Below, one piece after another: positions 36,051 to 45,561 of a DNA stretch of 64,000 nucleotides. A program made the translations under genes and the position numbers. Under the pieces are notes generated by a model that was given only the letters and a program-made list of their open reading frames with translations, was not told the DNA's origin and did not search any database. The first letter of the stretch is position 1. The number at the start of each line of letters is the position of its first letter. This stretch comes from a bacterium (GTDB lineage: Bacteria; Patescibacteriota; SICC01): NCBI GenBank assembly GCA_030699935.1, contig JAUYKS010000002.1:65018-129017 (forward strand), given 5' to 3'.

Positions 36051-37205
36051 ATGCCTACCAGCAGGGATTATTACGATATCTTAGGCGTCGGGAAGACCGC
36101 CTCGGTTTCCGACGTCAAGAAAGCCTACCGTAAGCTCGCGCACAAGTATCATCCCGACAAGGGCGGCACGGCCGAGGACGAGAAGAAGTTCAAGGAAGTG
36201 CAGGAGGCCTACGAAGTGCTGTCCGACCAGCAGAAGCGGGCGGCGTATGATCAGTTCGGCAAGGCTGGCGCCCACGGCGCGGGCCCGGGTGCCGGACCGG
36301 GCGGAGCAGGATTCGGCGGATTCAACCCGCAGGACTTCGCGGGACAGGGATTCGACTTCGGTAACCTCGGCGACCTGTTCGAGCAGATGTTCACCGGCGG
36401 ATTCGGAGGCGGCGGCGGCACGCGGCGGCGCGGTCCGTCGCGCGGCTCCGACCTGCAGATGACGGTGACGATCGATTTCGACGAAGCCGTCCGCGGCGTC
36501 ACCAAACAGGTGTCGCTGAACCGGCGGGCGACCTGCGAGACTTGCGGCGGGAGCGGCGCGGCCAAAGGTTCGAAGATCGTGACCTGCGACCGCTGTGGCG
36601 GCCAAGGCCAGGTGCAAGTCACCCGGCGAACGGTGCTCGGCACGATGGCCCAAGTCGCGGAGTGCCCGGAATGCCACGGCGAGGGCAAGCGCCCGGAAAA
36701 GCCGTGCCCGGCGTGCGCCGGCGAAGGCCGCAAGCAGAAGAAAGAGACGCTGACCGTGGAGATCCCGGCGGGAATCGACGAGGGCCAGACGATCCGGATC
36801 CAAGGCGCCGGCGAAGCGGGCGAGCGCGGCGCGCCGTCGGGCCACGCCTACGTGATCGTCCACGTGAAGCCGTCGAAAGTCTTCGAGCGCGACGGTACCA
36901 TGCTCGGCGTGACCGTCCCGATCAGCTTCCCGCAGGCGACGCTCGGCGACACGGTCGAGGTACCGACCGCGACCGGCAAGACGACGCTGAAGATTCCGGC
37001 CGGTACCCAGAGCGGCGAGACGTTCACGGTCAAGGGCCAGGGCATGCCGAAACTGAACGCGGCCGGAGCCGGCGACCTCAAGGTAACCGTCCAGGTCGCG
37101 GTACCGCAGAAGCTGACCGCCGAAGAGAAGCGTTTAGTCGAGGAGCTCGGACGGAAGGAAGGCCCCAAGCCGAAGAAGGGCTTTTTGGATAAGCTCGGGC
37201 TGTAG
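36051..37205 (+). CDS. dnaJ: Chaperone DnaJ
   Basis: J domain with HPD, G/F-rich region, four CxxCxGxG zinc-finger repeats, C-terminal domains. Confidence 0.9.
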   Translation: MPTSRDYYDILGVGKTASVSDVKKAYRKLAHKYHPDKGGTAEDEKKFKEVQEAYEVLSDQQKRAAYDQFGKAGAHGAGPGAGPGGAGFGGFNPQDFAGQGFDFGNLGDLFEQMFTGGFGGGGGTRRRGPSRGSDLQMTVTIDFDEAVRGVTKQVSLNRRATCETCGGSGAAKGSKIVTCDRCGGQGQVQVTRRTVLGTMAQVAECPECHGEGKRPEKPCPACAGEGRKQKKETLTVEIPAGIDEGQTIRIQGAGEAGERGAPSGHAYVIVHVKPSKVFERDGTMLGVTVPISFPQATLGDTVEVPTATGKTTLKIPAGTQSGETFTVKGQGMPKLNAAGAGDLKVTVQVAVPQKLTAEEKRLVEELGRKEGPKPKKGFLDKLGL

Positions 37206-37308
37206 TCCCGTCGCCTACTTTATTGTTCTCTTGTTCATTTGTGCTTTGCCGCCTCGGGCGTATAGTATGAAACTAACTTTGCAGAAAGCCTCAAAGTAAA
37301 AAAGAAAC

Positions 37309-37836
37309 ATGATACCCGTACAATTTTTCACCGGACTTGACGTGAACAGTCCCAGTTGGGATTTGTTCATCTTTTTGTTCTTCATCGTCGCGACGTTCGT
37401 CTACGGCTTCACGCTCGGCCGCTCGCGGATCATGGTGCTGCTGGTCAGCACCTACATGGCGTTGGCACTCGTCTCGGTCGCACCGTTCCTCGACCAAACG
37501 CCCTCGGTGACGGTCGGCTCCAGCCCGTTCTTCATCATCCAGATCACCGCCTTCATCGCCACGATGCTGCTGATCTTCTTCTTCCTGTCGAACTCGGCGC
37601 TCCGCCGGGCGTTCGCCGCGCAGGAGATCCAGGGCAAGGCCTGGCAGATCATCGCGTTCTCGATCCTGCACGCCGGACTGTTGGTCGCGATCGTGCTCTC
37701 GTTCGTGCCGGAGGAACGCCGCGCCGCGTTGCTCGATGTCACGCAAGGAATGTTCGCCACGGACACGGCGTTGTTCATCTGGGCGGCGTTGCCGATCGTC
37801 GTGATGATGTTCGTCCAGGATCCGGAAGAAGAATAG
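37309..37836 (+). CDS. Membrane protein, possibly CvpA family
   Basis: 4 TM helices; weak resemblance to the CvpA pattern. Confidence 0.4.
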   Translation: MIPVQFFTGLDVNSPSWDLFIFLFFIVATFVYGFTLGRSRIMVLLVSTYMALALVSVAPFLDQTPSVTVGSSPFFIIQITAFIATMLLIFFFLSNSALRRAFAAQEIQGKAWQIIAFSILHAGLLVAIVLSFVPEERRAALLDVTQGMFATDTALFIWAALPIVVMMFVQDPEEE

Positions 37837-37858
37837 CTTCGGGTACAATGAGACCGCT

Positions 37859-37931
37859 GCCCCGGTAGCTCAGTTGGCAGAGCAGTGGGCTTTTAACCCA
37901 TGTGTCACAGGTTCGAGACCTGTCCGGGGCA
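37859..37931 (+). tRNA. tRNA-Lys (anticodon UUU)
   Basis: Acceptor stem gccccgg/ccggggc, D-arm tagctcagttggcagagc, anticodon loop cuUUUaa, T-arm ggttcgagacc. No encoded CCA. Coordinates +/-1. Confidence 0.85.
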
Positions 37932-37961
37932 CAGTGACGATGGGCAAATAGCGAACCGGGT

Positions 37962-38522
37962 TCAGACCGAGCTGACCTGGAACCCCAGGTCTCGGGCGAT
38001 TGCCTGGTGCGCGGGTTTTCGGTCGACGAAGATGATTCCGTTCGGATCCGCCTGCAGCCGCCCGGCGGCCAACTGCAGCAAGCCGGCGTAGTCGCGCTCT
38101 TCGTCCAGTTCCGAGCCGATCACATGCACGTGCAGCAGCTCGTCGAGCTGGTAGCGCTTCCGGAACTGCCCGACGAAGTCCGGCGCGGCATCCGAGACCA
38201 GCCCCAGCACGTGGTCCGCCGACTGGACCCGGATCTTTCCGAGCGCGGCCTGGTCCACGGTGGCCGCGTTGATCGCGAAAGCCTGGAGGATGTCGACGTC
38301 CTCTAGCGCGAGCTTCAGCGCGACGCGCCCCCAGTGCTCGACTTGGGTGATCTCGCCGCGGTCGTAGGCGGGCTTGGAATCGTCGATCGCCGCCGCCACC
38401 TCGTCGAGCGGCCGCTCGAGGCCCTCCGCGAGATCCTCGGCACTGGGCGACAGGTCGTCGGTGACGATGACGCCGAGGTCGTAGAGGACGGTCGGCTTCG
38501 AGGATGTAGGCTTGGAACCCAT
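37962..38522 (-). CDS. HAD-superfamily hydrolase (subfamily IA-like)
   Basis: Motif I …VLYDLGVIVTDD…, C-terminal …IFVDRKPAH… motif. Start at the internal Met (MGSKPT…). Confidence 0.6.
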   Translation of the reverse strand: MGSKPTSSKPTVLYDLGVIVTDDLSPSAEDLAEGLERPLDEVAAAIDDSKPAYDRGEITQVEHWGRVALKLALEDVDILQAFAINAATVDQAALGKIRVQSADHVLGLVSDAAPDFVGQFRKRYQLDELLHVHVIGSELDEERDYAGLLQLAAGRLQADPNGIIFVDRKPAHQAIARDLGFQVSSV

Positions 38523-38579
38523 GCGTCCAGGATACCAAGGAAGTGCCATATAATTATGGGTACGCAACGGCACCCAGTC

Positions 38580-38626
38580 TTGACAAAGTGCCCAAAATTT
38601 GCTATGTTAAGGCAATTTTCAAAGAT
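38580..38626 (+). promoter_or_regulatory. Conserved promoter block, copy B: TTGACA-N17-TATGTT + aaggcaattttcaaa leader, 18 nt before ATG 38627
   Basis: Same architecture as copies A, C and D. Confidence 0.55.
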
Positions 38627-41600
38627 ATGAACACGGGCATCACACATAAGGTAATCCTCGCGGCGGTAGTCGCGGCAGCGGGCGCGGTCATGGTAACGGC
38701 GCTCAGCCAAACGGCGTCGGACCCTTACGTCGCGAAGTCGCCGCCCGCCCCCCAAGCCGGCAAGGAAATCCGGAGCTTGACCAAGGTGAGCGGCCATTCG
38801 CTTGAGACGGTCAAGCTGAAGGACGGCAAGGAAACCAAGGCGGCCGCCGGGCATCTGGTGGTCCGCTTGGAGAATGACGCCGCCAAGCGGCAATTCGGGG
38901 ACCGGTTGACCGGGACCAGCATTCCGAATATCTATCTGTTGTCCGTCGACGAACCGGTCAGCCAGGCCCGCACCAAGGTCGCGGCGCTGCCGGGAGTGCG
39001 GAGCGCCACGCCGGACTTCGTCGTCGCGGCGACCCGCACGCCCGACGATCCGCACTACCCGTACCAGTGGGGACTGCCGAAGATCAAGGCGCCAGCCGCC
39101 TGGGACCGGACGGTCGGTTCTTCGTCCGTCATCATCGCCAGCATCGACACCGGGGTGAACGCCTCGCACCAGGACCTCTCCGGCAAGATGTGGACGAACC
39201 CGGGCGAGACCTGCGGCGACAACGATGACGACGACGGGAACGGCTACATCGACGACTGTAACGGCATGGACTTCGTGAACGGGACCAAGCCGGGCGGCGT
39301 CTTCAAGAACGACGCCAACGGCCCGGACGACGATCAAGGTCACGGGACGCTGACGTCGTCGGTCTTCGCGGCTGACACTGACAACGGCCTTGGCGTTGCC
39401 GGCGTCGATTGGAACGCGAAGGTATTGGCGATCAAGGTATTGGACTCCGACGGCTACGGGTTATTTTCCGACGTCGCGGAGGGAATCCGGTACGCTGGCA
39501 TAGTCGGCGCGGACGTCGCCAACATGAGCCTCGGCGCGGACGGACTGACCACCGAGACGATGACCGACACGGCGATCAACGAAGCGATCGCGGACGGCGT
39601 CATCCTAGCCGCCGCTTCCGGTAACGATGGTTACACGAACTCCATCAACTATCCGGCGATCAACCCGTACGTGATCTCGGTCGGGGCCACTACCTCGACC
39701 GACGCGCGAGCCGGCTATTCGAACGGCGGTTCGCAGCTCGACCTGGTCGCGCCAGGGTCGGGCATCCGCGGCGCCTACCTCGGCAACACGAGCTACGTCT
39801 CGGCCTCCGGCACCTCGCTGTCCACGCCGCACGTCGCGGGCGTGGCGGGATTGCTCCGAGCGCTGGACCCGGACGTCAGCTACTCCCGAGTCCGGACGAT
39901 CCTGAAGAGCACCGCCGATACCGTCTCCGGCATGAACGGAGCCACCCGCACCAACCTCTACGGCGAGGGCCGGCTCGATGCGAACGGCGCCCAATCCCTG
40001 ATCAAGGCCTACTCCAGCGAATGGGTCCGGCAGTCCGCGACCGCGACCGCGGCATCCGGAACCGACCGCGCGGTCTACGTCGACTACAAGAACGTCGGCC
40101 TGAACCCCTGGTCGAATACCGGATCGAACCCGGTCCGTCTCGGGACCAGCCACACCAAGGGGCATTCATCCCAGTTCTACAACACGTCCTGGCTGAGCAA
40201 GAGCCGTCCGGCCAGCTTCACGGGACGGGTCGAAGGCGACGGCAGCGTCACCGAGACCGACACCATTCAGCCCGGCGAGACGGCGCGGTTCAGCTTCACG
40301 ATGACCTCGCCGCCGCGGACGACCACCACGACGTTGCGCGAGTACTTCCAACCGGTCGTCGAAGGCGTGACCTGGCTCGAAGACCAGTCGAAGTACATCA
40401 CGACGACGGTACCGGGGCGGTACTACCGCGGCCAGTTGGTCGGGAAGACCAATCCGCCGCCGGTGGTCCTGGCAAACCAGCTCAGTCCGGTGACCGCCGA
40501 CGTGAAGAACACCGGCACCGCCACCTGGCGGAACGATACCTCCTACGACATGAGGCTCGGTACGGTCAATCCGGTAAGCCACAACAGCACGTGGTACGAC
40601 AGCGGTACCTGGCTGACGCGAAACCGGCTCGGCACGTTCGTCGGCAAGGTGTCGGGAGGCGTACTCACGCCGACTAATTCCATCGCTCCCGGCGAGACCG
40701 CCCGATGGTCGTTCCAAGTGAAGGCACCGTCCCGCGGCGGCACGTATCATGAATACTTCAGTTCGCTGATCGACTACTTCGGTTGGCAGAAGAACCTTAA
40801 CCTTGGTTGGACCCAGTTCGTGCCGAGCACCGCGTATGATTACAAGTTCGTAAGCAAGGCACCGCACTACCAGTACCTGGCCCGCGACGAGACGAAGACG
40901 ATCTACATCCGGCTCCGGAACATGGGATACGCCACCTGGCGCTCCAGCGGATCGGGTTCCGTCCGGCTCGGAACCGATCGTCCGCAGAACCGCGGCAGCG
41001 GATTCTCGGACGGCGGTACGGCGGCCGGCTGGATTACCAGCAACCGGATCAAGCTGGGCAGCAACCTGACGGATGCCGACAAGAACGTCGGCGGGGAAAC
41101 CAGCGTGGCGCCCGGCGAGATCGGTGAATTCGAGTTCGACATCGTCGGCAAGCCGCGATCGGGAACGTACAAGGAGTACTTCCGGCCTCTCGTCGAAGGC
41201 CGCGGCTGGATGAAGGACATCGGCATCAACTGGTCGATCACGGTGGAGAACCCGATCGACGTCGCGCTGACCAGCCAGTCCAGCGCGACCATGAGCGGCA
41301 CGAACACGGTTACGATCGTGGATGTGAACGGGACGAACCGCGGTACCGTCGCGCCCGCGACGGACTTCATTATGCGCAAGAACGGATCGCGCTATCAGGT
41401 ACTCCTGCCCGGCCCGGACATCGACTCCTGTTGCGTCCTGACGGCCCAGCAGGCGCCGGGCAACCGGTTCCTGGTGACGAACCTGGCTGACAACGGCAGC
41501 CAAAACTACTTCCGGGGCGAGATGTCGATCCGGACCGGCAGCGCCGGTACCCATCTGGTGAATTCCCCGAACCTCGAGCATTACTTGCGCGGCCTGGGCG

Positions 41601-42322
41601 AAGTGCCGGACAGTTGGCCGATCGAATCGATCAAGGCCCAGATCACGGCGGCCCGGACCTTCGCGGCCCGGAAGATTCAAAGTCCCCGGTCGAACACCTT
41701 CGACATCTATGACGATACGCGCGACCAGGTCTACAACGGCTACAACAGCGAACTGGCCAAGCCGAACCACGTCACGGCGGTCAATGCGACTACCGGCAAG
41801 GTGGTCAAACGGGACGGATCGCTGATCCAGGCATTCTACAGTTCGAACGCCGCCGGCCGCACCGCGGACAATGAGGATGTCTGGGGCGGCAGCCCGATCA
41901 ACTACCTGCGCGGCAAAGCGGACTCCTACTCGCTGGTCAGTTACACTTCCCACCTCTGGCCGGATACCACCTCGCGGGCGACAATCAAGGCTAACTACGG
42001 CTTCGGCTGTACGGTGACCGGCGTCGGCGTGGTCTCGAAGTACCCGGGCGACCGCATGCGGACGGTGCGGCTGGCCGGCTCGGGATGTGCCACTCGGGAT
42101 TACACGCTGGCCGCCGACACTCACCGCAGCCGGCTCGGCCTACCGTCCTCGCAGGTGACGAGCATCACCAAGAGCGGCACGAACTTCGTGTTCGGCGGGA
42201 AGGGCTTCGGGCACGGGATCGGCATGAGCCAATACGGCGCCTACAACCGCGCCGCGAACGGCCAGAGCTACGTAACGATCCTCCAGTTCTACTACACCGG
42301 CGTGACGATCGGGAACCTCTGA
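38627..42322 (+). CDS. Giant secreted multidomain protein: signal/TM anchor + subtilisin-like S8 peptidase + 3x ~110-aa repeats + C-terminal SpoIID/LytB domain
   Basis: S8 catalytic triad contexts DTGVN…, HGTLTSS…, GTSLSTPHVAG…. Three repeats ending in GTY(K/H/R)EYF…G(W/V)…. C-terminus …QVYNGY…AFYSSNAAGRTADNEDVWGG… is SpoIID-like. Start at MNTGITHKVILAAVV… (signal peptide); the upstream in-frame extension is rejected. Confidence 0.8.
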   Translation: MNTGITHKVILAAVVAAAGAVMVTALSQTASDPYVAKSPPAPQAGKEIRSLTKVSGHSLETVKLKDGKETKAAAGHLVVRLENDAAKRQFGDRLTGTSIPNIYLLSVDEPVSQARTKVAALPGVRSATPDFVVAATRTPDDPHYPYQWGLPKIKAPAAWDRTVGSSSVIIASIDTGVNASHQDLSGKMWTNPGETCGDNDDDDGNGYIDDCNGMDFVNGTKPGGVFKNDANGPDDDQGHGTLTSSVFAADTDNGLGVAGVDWNAKVLAIKVLDSDGYGLFSDVAEGIRYAGIVGADVANMSLGADGLTTETMTDTAINEAIADGVILAAASGNDGYTNSINYPAINPYVISVGATTSTDARAGYSNGGSQLDLVAPGSGIRGAYLGNTSYVSASGTSLSTPHVAGVAGLLRALDPDVSYSRVRTILKSTADTVSGMNGATRTNLYGEGRLDANGAQSLIKAYSSEWVRQSATATAASGTDRAVYVDYKNVGLNPWSNTGSNPVRLGTSHTKGHSSQFYNTSWLSKSRPASFTGRVEGDGSVTETDTIQPGETARFSFTMTSPPRTTTTTLREYFQPVVEGVTWLEDQSKYITTTVPGRYYRGQLVGKTNPPPVVLANQLSPVTADVKNTGTATWRNDTSYDMRLGTVNPVSHNSTWYDSGTWLTRNRLGTFVGKVSGGVLTPTNSIAPGETARWSFQVKAPSRGGTYHEYFSSLIDYFGWQKNLNLGWTQFVPSTAYDYKFVSKAPHYQYLARDETKTIYIRLRNMGYATWRSSGSGSVRLGTDRPQNRGSGFSDGGTAAGWITSNRIKLGSNLTDADKNVGGETSVAPGEIGEFEFDIVGKPRSGTYKEYFRPLVEGRGWMKDIGINWSITVENPIDVALTSQSSATMSGTNTVTIVDVNGTNRGTVAPATDFIMRKNGSRYQVLLPGPDIDSCCVLTAQQAPGNRFLVTNLADNGSQNYFRGEMSIRTGSAGTHLVNSPNLEHYLRGLGEVPDSWPIESIKAQITAARTFAARKIQSPRSNTFDIYDDTRDQVYNGYNSELAKPNHVTAVNATTGKVVKRDGSLIQAFYSSNAAGRTADNEDVWGGSPINYLRGKADSYSLVSYTSHLWPDTTSRATIKANYGFGCTVTGVGVVSKYPGDRMRTVRLAGSGCATRDYTLAADTHRSRLGLPSSQVTSITKSGTNFVFGGKGFGHGIGMSQYGAYNRAANGQSYVTILQFYYTGVTIGNL

Positions 42323-42325
42323 CTA

Positions 42326-42348
42326 ACCGGCCGGGCTGACCGGCCGGT
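42326..42348 (+). terminator. Hairpin accggccgg-gctga-ccggccggt after the giant gene
   Basis: 9-bp GC stem read from the sequence. Confidence 0.35.
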
Positions 42349-42387
42349 CTGACCAGTAAACAACCTACCTTATGATACGCTGGTTGC

Positions 42388-43767
42388 ATGAAGCAACCAG
42401 CCTTAATGTTGGCGCTGGGAGTGATCGTCGGCGTGGCCGCGGCGTCCTGGCTGCCGGTATGGTTGGCGCTCGGGTTGGCGGCCGTTGCGTGCTACCGGTC
42501 GCTTCTGCTGGCAATCGGCCTGGCGATCGGCGCTTACCGGATCATGCTGAGCCCACTCCTGCCCCCGGAAGCGGACTTGGCGGACCTTGCCGGGCGGGAA
42601 CGGACGGTGCGCGGGGTGGTAGACTCGTTCCCGGATTATCGGCAGGAATACCAGCAGTTCGTCGTCAAAGGGACGGCGGAGGGCAAAGAGGGCAGGACGC
42701 TGGTCCAGACCGACCCCTTGCTCGAGTTCTCGCCAGGCGACCGCGTCGAGGTGACCGGCCTGCTGACCGCGCCGCGCAACTTCGACGGTTTCGACTATCG
42801 GAGCTTCCTGGCCAAGGACGGCGTCCACTCGATCATGCGCCGGGCCGACGTCAACATCGCAGGAAGCAAACAAACGCTGGCGCGGACTTTTTACGCGATC
42901 CGGAAGCGCTGGGTGCTGCAGACGGAACGTACGTTCCCCGAGCCGGCCGCCGGGTTCAGCCTGGGTATCCTGATCGGCGAACGCTCGACGTTGTCCGACT
43001 CCCATATCGAGGCGTTCCGGAAGACCGGCACGACCCACATCCTGGCGCTGTCCGGATTCAACGTCAGTATCATCATCACGGCGATCGTCTGGGTGCTCGG
43101 ACGGAAGCCGGCGGCGCTGACCGCGTCCCTGGGACTGATTGCGGCATTCGTCCTTCTGGTCGGTCCGTCCGCGACGGTGGTACGAGCCGCGCTGATGGGC
43201 GGCTTCCTCCTGCTCGGACAACTTTTTGGACGTCCGCAGGCGGCCATGTACGGCGCGGTGATCACGGCCGCCGCGATGCTGTTGATCCAACCCCACGCTT
43301 TGCGCTATGACCTCGGTTTTGACCTCTCCTTCCTCGCCACCCTCGGCATCCTCTGGCTGGAGCCGGACATCCGCTCCCGGATCACGCGCGTCCCCGAGCT
43401 GGCCCGTGGAATCGTATCCGCGACGCTTGCCGCCAGCGGGGCGACGGCGCCGCTGATCGCGCTGACGTTCGGGACGGCCAGCCTGGTGTCGCCGCTGGCG
43501 AACCTGCTGGTGGTCCCGGCGATTCCTCTCCTGATGCTCGGCGGTTTCGTCAGCGTGATGATCTCGTTCGTTTCGTCCGAGTTGGCCGCCTTGCCGGCGG
43601 CGTTGACCGCCGCCGCGACCGTCCGTCTGCTCGGCGGAATCAGTTGGCTGGCCGACCTGCCGGCCGCCTCGGTCACGTTCGCGGAGCTGAAGGGACCCAC
43701 GGCGATCCTGCTGTCGGTGGTCGCCGCCGCCGGGATCTTCCAATTGAAACGGCCACGGTATGCGTAA
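42388..43767 (+). CDS. comEC: ComEC/Rec2 DNA internalisation channel, competence (membrane) domain only
   Basis: …HILALSGFNVSIIITAIVWVLG… competence-domain signature and many TM helices. Confidence 0.8.
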   Translation: MKQPALMLALGVIVGVAAASWLPVWLALGLAAVACYRSLLLAIGLAIGAYRIMLSPLLPPEADLADLAGRERTVRGVVDSFPDYRQEYQQFVVKGTAEGKEGRTLVQTDPLLEFSPGDRVEVTGLLTAPRNFDGFDYRSFLAKDGVHSIMRRADVNIAGSKQTLARTFYAIRKRWVLQTERTFPEPAAGFSLGILIGERSTLSDSHIEAFRKTGTTHILALSGFNVSIIITAIVWVLGRKPAALTASLGLIAAFVLLVGPSATVVRAALMGGFLLLGQLFGRPQAAMYGAVITAAAMLLIQPHALRYDLGFDLSFLATLGILWLEPDIRSRITRVPELARGIVSATLAASGATAPLIALTFGTASLVSPLANLLVVPAIPLLMLGGFVSVMISFVSSELAALPAALTAAATVRLLGGISWLADLPAASVTFAELKGPTAILLSVVAAAGIFQLKRPRYA

Positions 43768-44653
43768 GGCGGCCTACACGCTCGCGTTGGTTCCGCTGCT
43801 CGCCATCGTCTTAGCCGCCGTCTTCCTATCGTGGCCCGGCACCGGCACCGGCTTCAGCTCTGGCACCGGCTTCGGCGCTCCCGAGGCCCGGGTGTATTTT
43901 TTCGACGTCGGGCAAGGGGACGCGGCGCTGATCGACGTCGGACACGGGACGCAGATCCTGATCGACGGCGGTCCCGACCGGGCGGTCCTGCGCGGGCTCG
44001 GCGAAATCATGCCGAGGTTCGACCGCCGGATCGAGTTGGTCATCCTGAGCCATCCTCACCTCGACCACTACGGCGGCCTGATCGATACCGTGTCCCGGTA
44101 CGACGTCGGAGCGGTGATGCTCAACCAATCCGGATCAGGCAAGCCGTACGAACGGCTGGTCGAGGACGTACGGGCCGGCAGCCGGATCATTCCGGCCGCG
44201 GGTCAGCGTATCCCGCTGCCCGGAGGCGTGATCGAAATCTTGGAACCCGGCGTGCCGGGGACGGACTCCGCGAACCGGAAGCGGTTCTCCAATCCCAACG
44301 ACGCGTCGGTGGTCGCGCGCCTCGAGCTGCACGGGCACACTTTCCTGTTTCCCGGCGACGCCGAAGAAGCCGAAGAACGCCGTTTGCTCAGAAGCGGCGG
44401 CTTGGACGTCGAGGTACTGAAGGTCCCGCATCACGGCAGCAGCACCTCATCGACGGAAGAATTCCTCCAGGCCGTCACCCCGGATTGGTGCATCGTCTCG
44501 TCCGGCAAGGATAACCCGTACGGACATCCGAATCCGGGGACCTTGTCCAGGTTGGAAACCGCGGGTTGCCGGACCGTCCGGACGGACCGGCACGGGACGA
44601 TCACGTTCCGGCTGACCGGATCGCAGATGCGGGTAGTGCCACAGCGCCGTTAG
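43760..44653 (+). CDS. ComEC C-terminal metallo-beta-lactamase domain as a separate ORF with its own N-terminal TM helix
   Basis: …VYFFDVGQGDAALID…HPHLDHYGG…KVPHHGSS… MBL motifs. 8-nt overlap (ATGCGTAA) with the upstream ORF. Confidence 0.75.
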   Translation: MRKAAYTLALVPLLAIVLAAVFLSWPGTGTGFSSGTGFGAPEARVYFFDVGQGDAALIDVGHGTQILIDGGPDRAVLRGLGEIMPRFDRRIELVILSHPHLDHYGGLIDTVSRYDVGAVMLNQSGSGKPYERLVEDVRAGSRIIPAAGQRIPLPGGVIEILEPGVPGTDSANRKRFSNPNDASVVARLELHGHTFLFPGDAEEAEERRLLRSGGLDVEVLKVPHHGSSTSSTEEFLQAVTPDWCIVSSGKDNPYGHPNPGTLSRLETAGCRTVRTDRHGTITFRLTGSQMRVVPQRR

Positions 44654-44674
44654 GTTCCGAGGCCGGCGGACCGG

Positions 44675-45322
44675 CTACTCGAAGTCCCTTGGCAAGTCCT
44701 GCGAATCGAGGTGTCGGGAGTCATCCGTCTGCTTCGGCTGATCCGCCGCCGCCTCGGCCTTCTCCGCACTGGCTTCCGCGTTCTCGCGAGCGGACTCCTT
44801 GCGCTCCTCGGATTCGCCCATGCCCTGGGACTTGGCGACGAGCTCCTGCACGCGGTCCGGATTCGGGATGCCCTCGAACGTGAAGTTCCGGCGCTCACCG
44901 GCGGTCTGGATCTCCACGGTCCCGAAGTTGAAGAGCGTCTGCAGCAGTCCGTGCTTGGCGGCGCTGACGTCCTGGATCATCTTGCAGTCGAGCTCGTCGA
45001 CCGTCCGGCGGAACAGACCGCGCTGGTCGATATCGACGATCCGGTCGGAGGTGACGATCGCGATGTCGAGATAGAAGTCGATCCAGCGGACGAAGAAATA
45101 AGTGACCAGCGCCAGGTAATACGCGGAGGTGGCCGCGACGGCGATGGCGCGGCCGATACCGGAGATCTCAAGCCCGGCGGCTGGAATCGCCACGAAGATG
45201 ATGACCGGGACGATCGCCAGCAGTCCGGTGACCAGGACGGCCGGCAGTAGCGTCAGCCAATGGGGCCGCGCGATGGTCAGGACCTTTTCGTCCGGACGCT
45301 GGCCGGGGAAGTATTCCATCAT
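44675..45322 (-). CDS. Bacterial PH-domain (YdbS/YdbT-like) membrane protein
   Basis: Two N-terminal TM helices followed by a bPH_2-like domain. Confidence 0.55.
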   Translation of the reverse strand: MMEYFPGQRPDEKVLTIARPHWLTLLPAVLVTGLLAIVPVIIFVAIPAAGLEISGIGRAIAVAATSAYYLALVTYFFVRWIDFYLDIAIVTSDRIVDIDQRGLFRRTVDELDCKMIQDVSAAKHGLLQTLFNFGTVEIQTAGERRNFTFEGIPNPDRVQELVAKSQGMGESEERKESARENAEASAEKAEAAADQPKQTDDSRHLDSQDLPRDFE

Positions 45323-45522
45323 CCGCCCCCCGTGACTTCGATGCCGCCGATCGTGACAAACGTCGCGATGACGATCGCGACGACGGTGAACAGGTAAAGA
45401 CCGGCCGCCACCTGGGTCTTGTCGCCCGGGAACCCGAACCGCCGCGTGTGATACACCCCGGCGACCGCGAAGCCGCCGATGATGACTAGGTAGACTAGAT
45501 AGGAAATAATGACGGTTGTCAT
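45319..45522 (-). CDS. Small two-TM membrane protein
   Basis: 67 aa; 4-nt overlap with the downstream PH-domain gene. Confidence 0.4.
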   Translation of the reverse strand: MTTVIISYLVYLVIIGGFAVAGVYHTRRFGFPGDKTQVAAGLYLFTVVAIVIATFVTIGGIEVTGGG

Positions 45523-45561
45523 GGTTTCTCGAGCGTACCGCTGCCGGATGCGATTAGCAAC

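Noticed and set aside
40166-42124. 652-aa minus-strand ORF, and 446-aa minus-strand ORF at 42403-43743
   Set aside because: Antisense shadows of the S8/SpoIID gene and comEC respectively.
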